The position numbers and the translations under genes were made by a program. Positions 19,881 through 21,009 of a stretch of 21,009 bases of DNA are shown here, piece by piece (the first letter of the stretch is position 1; each line of letters starts with the position of its first letter). The stretch spans positions 1 through 21,009 of the forward strand of contig NW_021823844.1 of NCBI RefSeq assembly GCF_006345805.1, given 5' to 3'. The notes under the pieces are model-generated. The model did no database searches, had not been told where the DNA came from, and worked only from the letters and a program-made list of their open reading frames with translations. This stretch comes from Octopus sinensis (lineage: Eukaryota).

Positions 19881-20397
19881 AGTAGGGAATATAATTCCAA
19901 ACTTACAGGGGAAAATTCAATTTAGCAATTCTAAATTAAATTTCACAATATATATAATATGTGCATAAAATTTAGAGAGAAACCTCTATTAAACAATTCA
20001 ATAGTGAGAGACGTTATTCACACCATATAGTAAAAATTAGATATACTATAGAAAACTTTATTCTAAAAATCAAAACGTCTATTTATTATTTATTGTTGTA
20101 TGATATAAAGATTTTGGAATTTAAAAGAAGAAAAACAATACAAATAAATTATAAGATATAAAGCTTACAAAAGAAAATGGGAGATGCGAAGAAACCTACC
20201 TATATGTTTCTGTTTTAGCCGCAGTTGATATGCAATTCTAAGCATTTGGTTATATGCTAAGAAGGGTATCATTTTTAACTATATAGGGCAGAACTTCTTA
20301 ACGGTTATTATGAGCCTGTAGAACCTTAGTTCTCTAAGCTTTATATCATACAAATAAATTATTTATACATCAATCTTCCTCCATTGTCTTTCTTTCA

Positions 20398-20450
<53 letters not shown>

Positions 20451-20451
20451 T
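20398..20451. repeat. (TA)n microsatellite
   Basis: Directly visible. Confidence 0.95.
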
Positions 20452-20764
20452 CACTATTTTCCTCTCGTTCCGGACTATTGACCCTCCATGTGTGTTTTCG
20501 TTCGGTTTCCTAGTATGTCTCCACTGTCATTTTATTGTTCCCAACTTTGAACCTCCGTAAATCATGAATTTAATTTTTTTATTAGTCTTTGAAGACTAAT
20601 ATTGTCGTTGAATGCTCCGAATGAGGAGTAGATGAAGGGTCGTTTCTCTGCGTTTACTTGTCCTGTTTTCCATGTTTTCTTGTTGTTCACTTATTTCATT
20701 CGTTTATCCCTCATTTGGTTACGTATTTCATGTTATTTGCACTATTGGTGACGTCAGGAAGCAT

Positions 20765-20773
20765 ATATGCATG

Positions 20774-20853
<80 letters not shown>

Positions 20854-20856
20854 TAT

Positions 20857-20894
<38 letters not shown>

Positions 20895-20955
20895 ATAATA
20901 CGCATTTACAAATACACTGCACTCAGAGGATATATACACACACACATATAGTACT

Positions 20956-20998
<43 letters not shown>
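20765..20998. repeat. (TA)n and (TAGA)n microsatellite cluster
   Basis: Directly visible. Confidence 0.95.
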
Positions 20999-20999
<1 letters not shown>

Positions 21000-21009
21000 C
21001 GTAGAGTAG

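Overview
Non-coding, repeat-dense eukaryotic DNA. The SINE families and very long microsatellites look like an octopus (coleoid cephalopod) genome; this is recognition from sequence style, not a database result. No intact gene, rRNA, tRNA or CRISPR array is supported, and almost all ORFs in the track are microsatellite or SINE translations. The window holds about 18 copies or fragments of four tRNA-derived SINE families (labelled A-D here), a short R4/Dong-like LINE fragment, and a full-length but dead 1,283-bp mariner inserted inside a ~230-bp Tc1/mariner-type MITE. It also has a 3 x 212-bp tandem repeat, a 21-23-bp AT-rich minisatellite next to a long fold-back hairpin, and many microsatellites. 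The best non-routine observations are a candidate 69-nt symmetric minus-strand exon present twice, short local templated copies embedded in microsatellites, and nested or inverted SINE pairs that could form dsRNA. I see no convincing new biological system.
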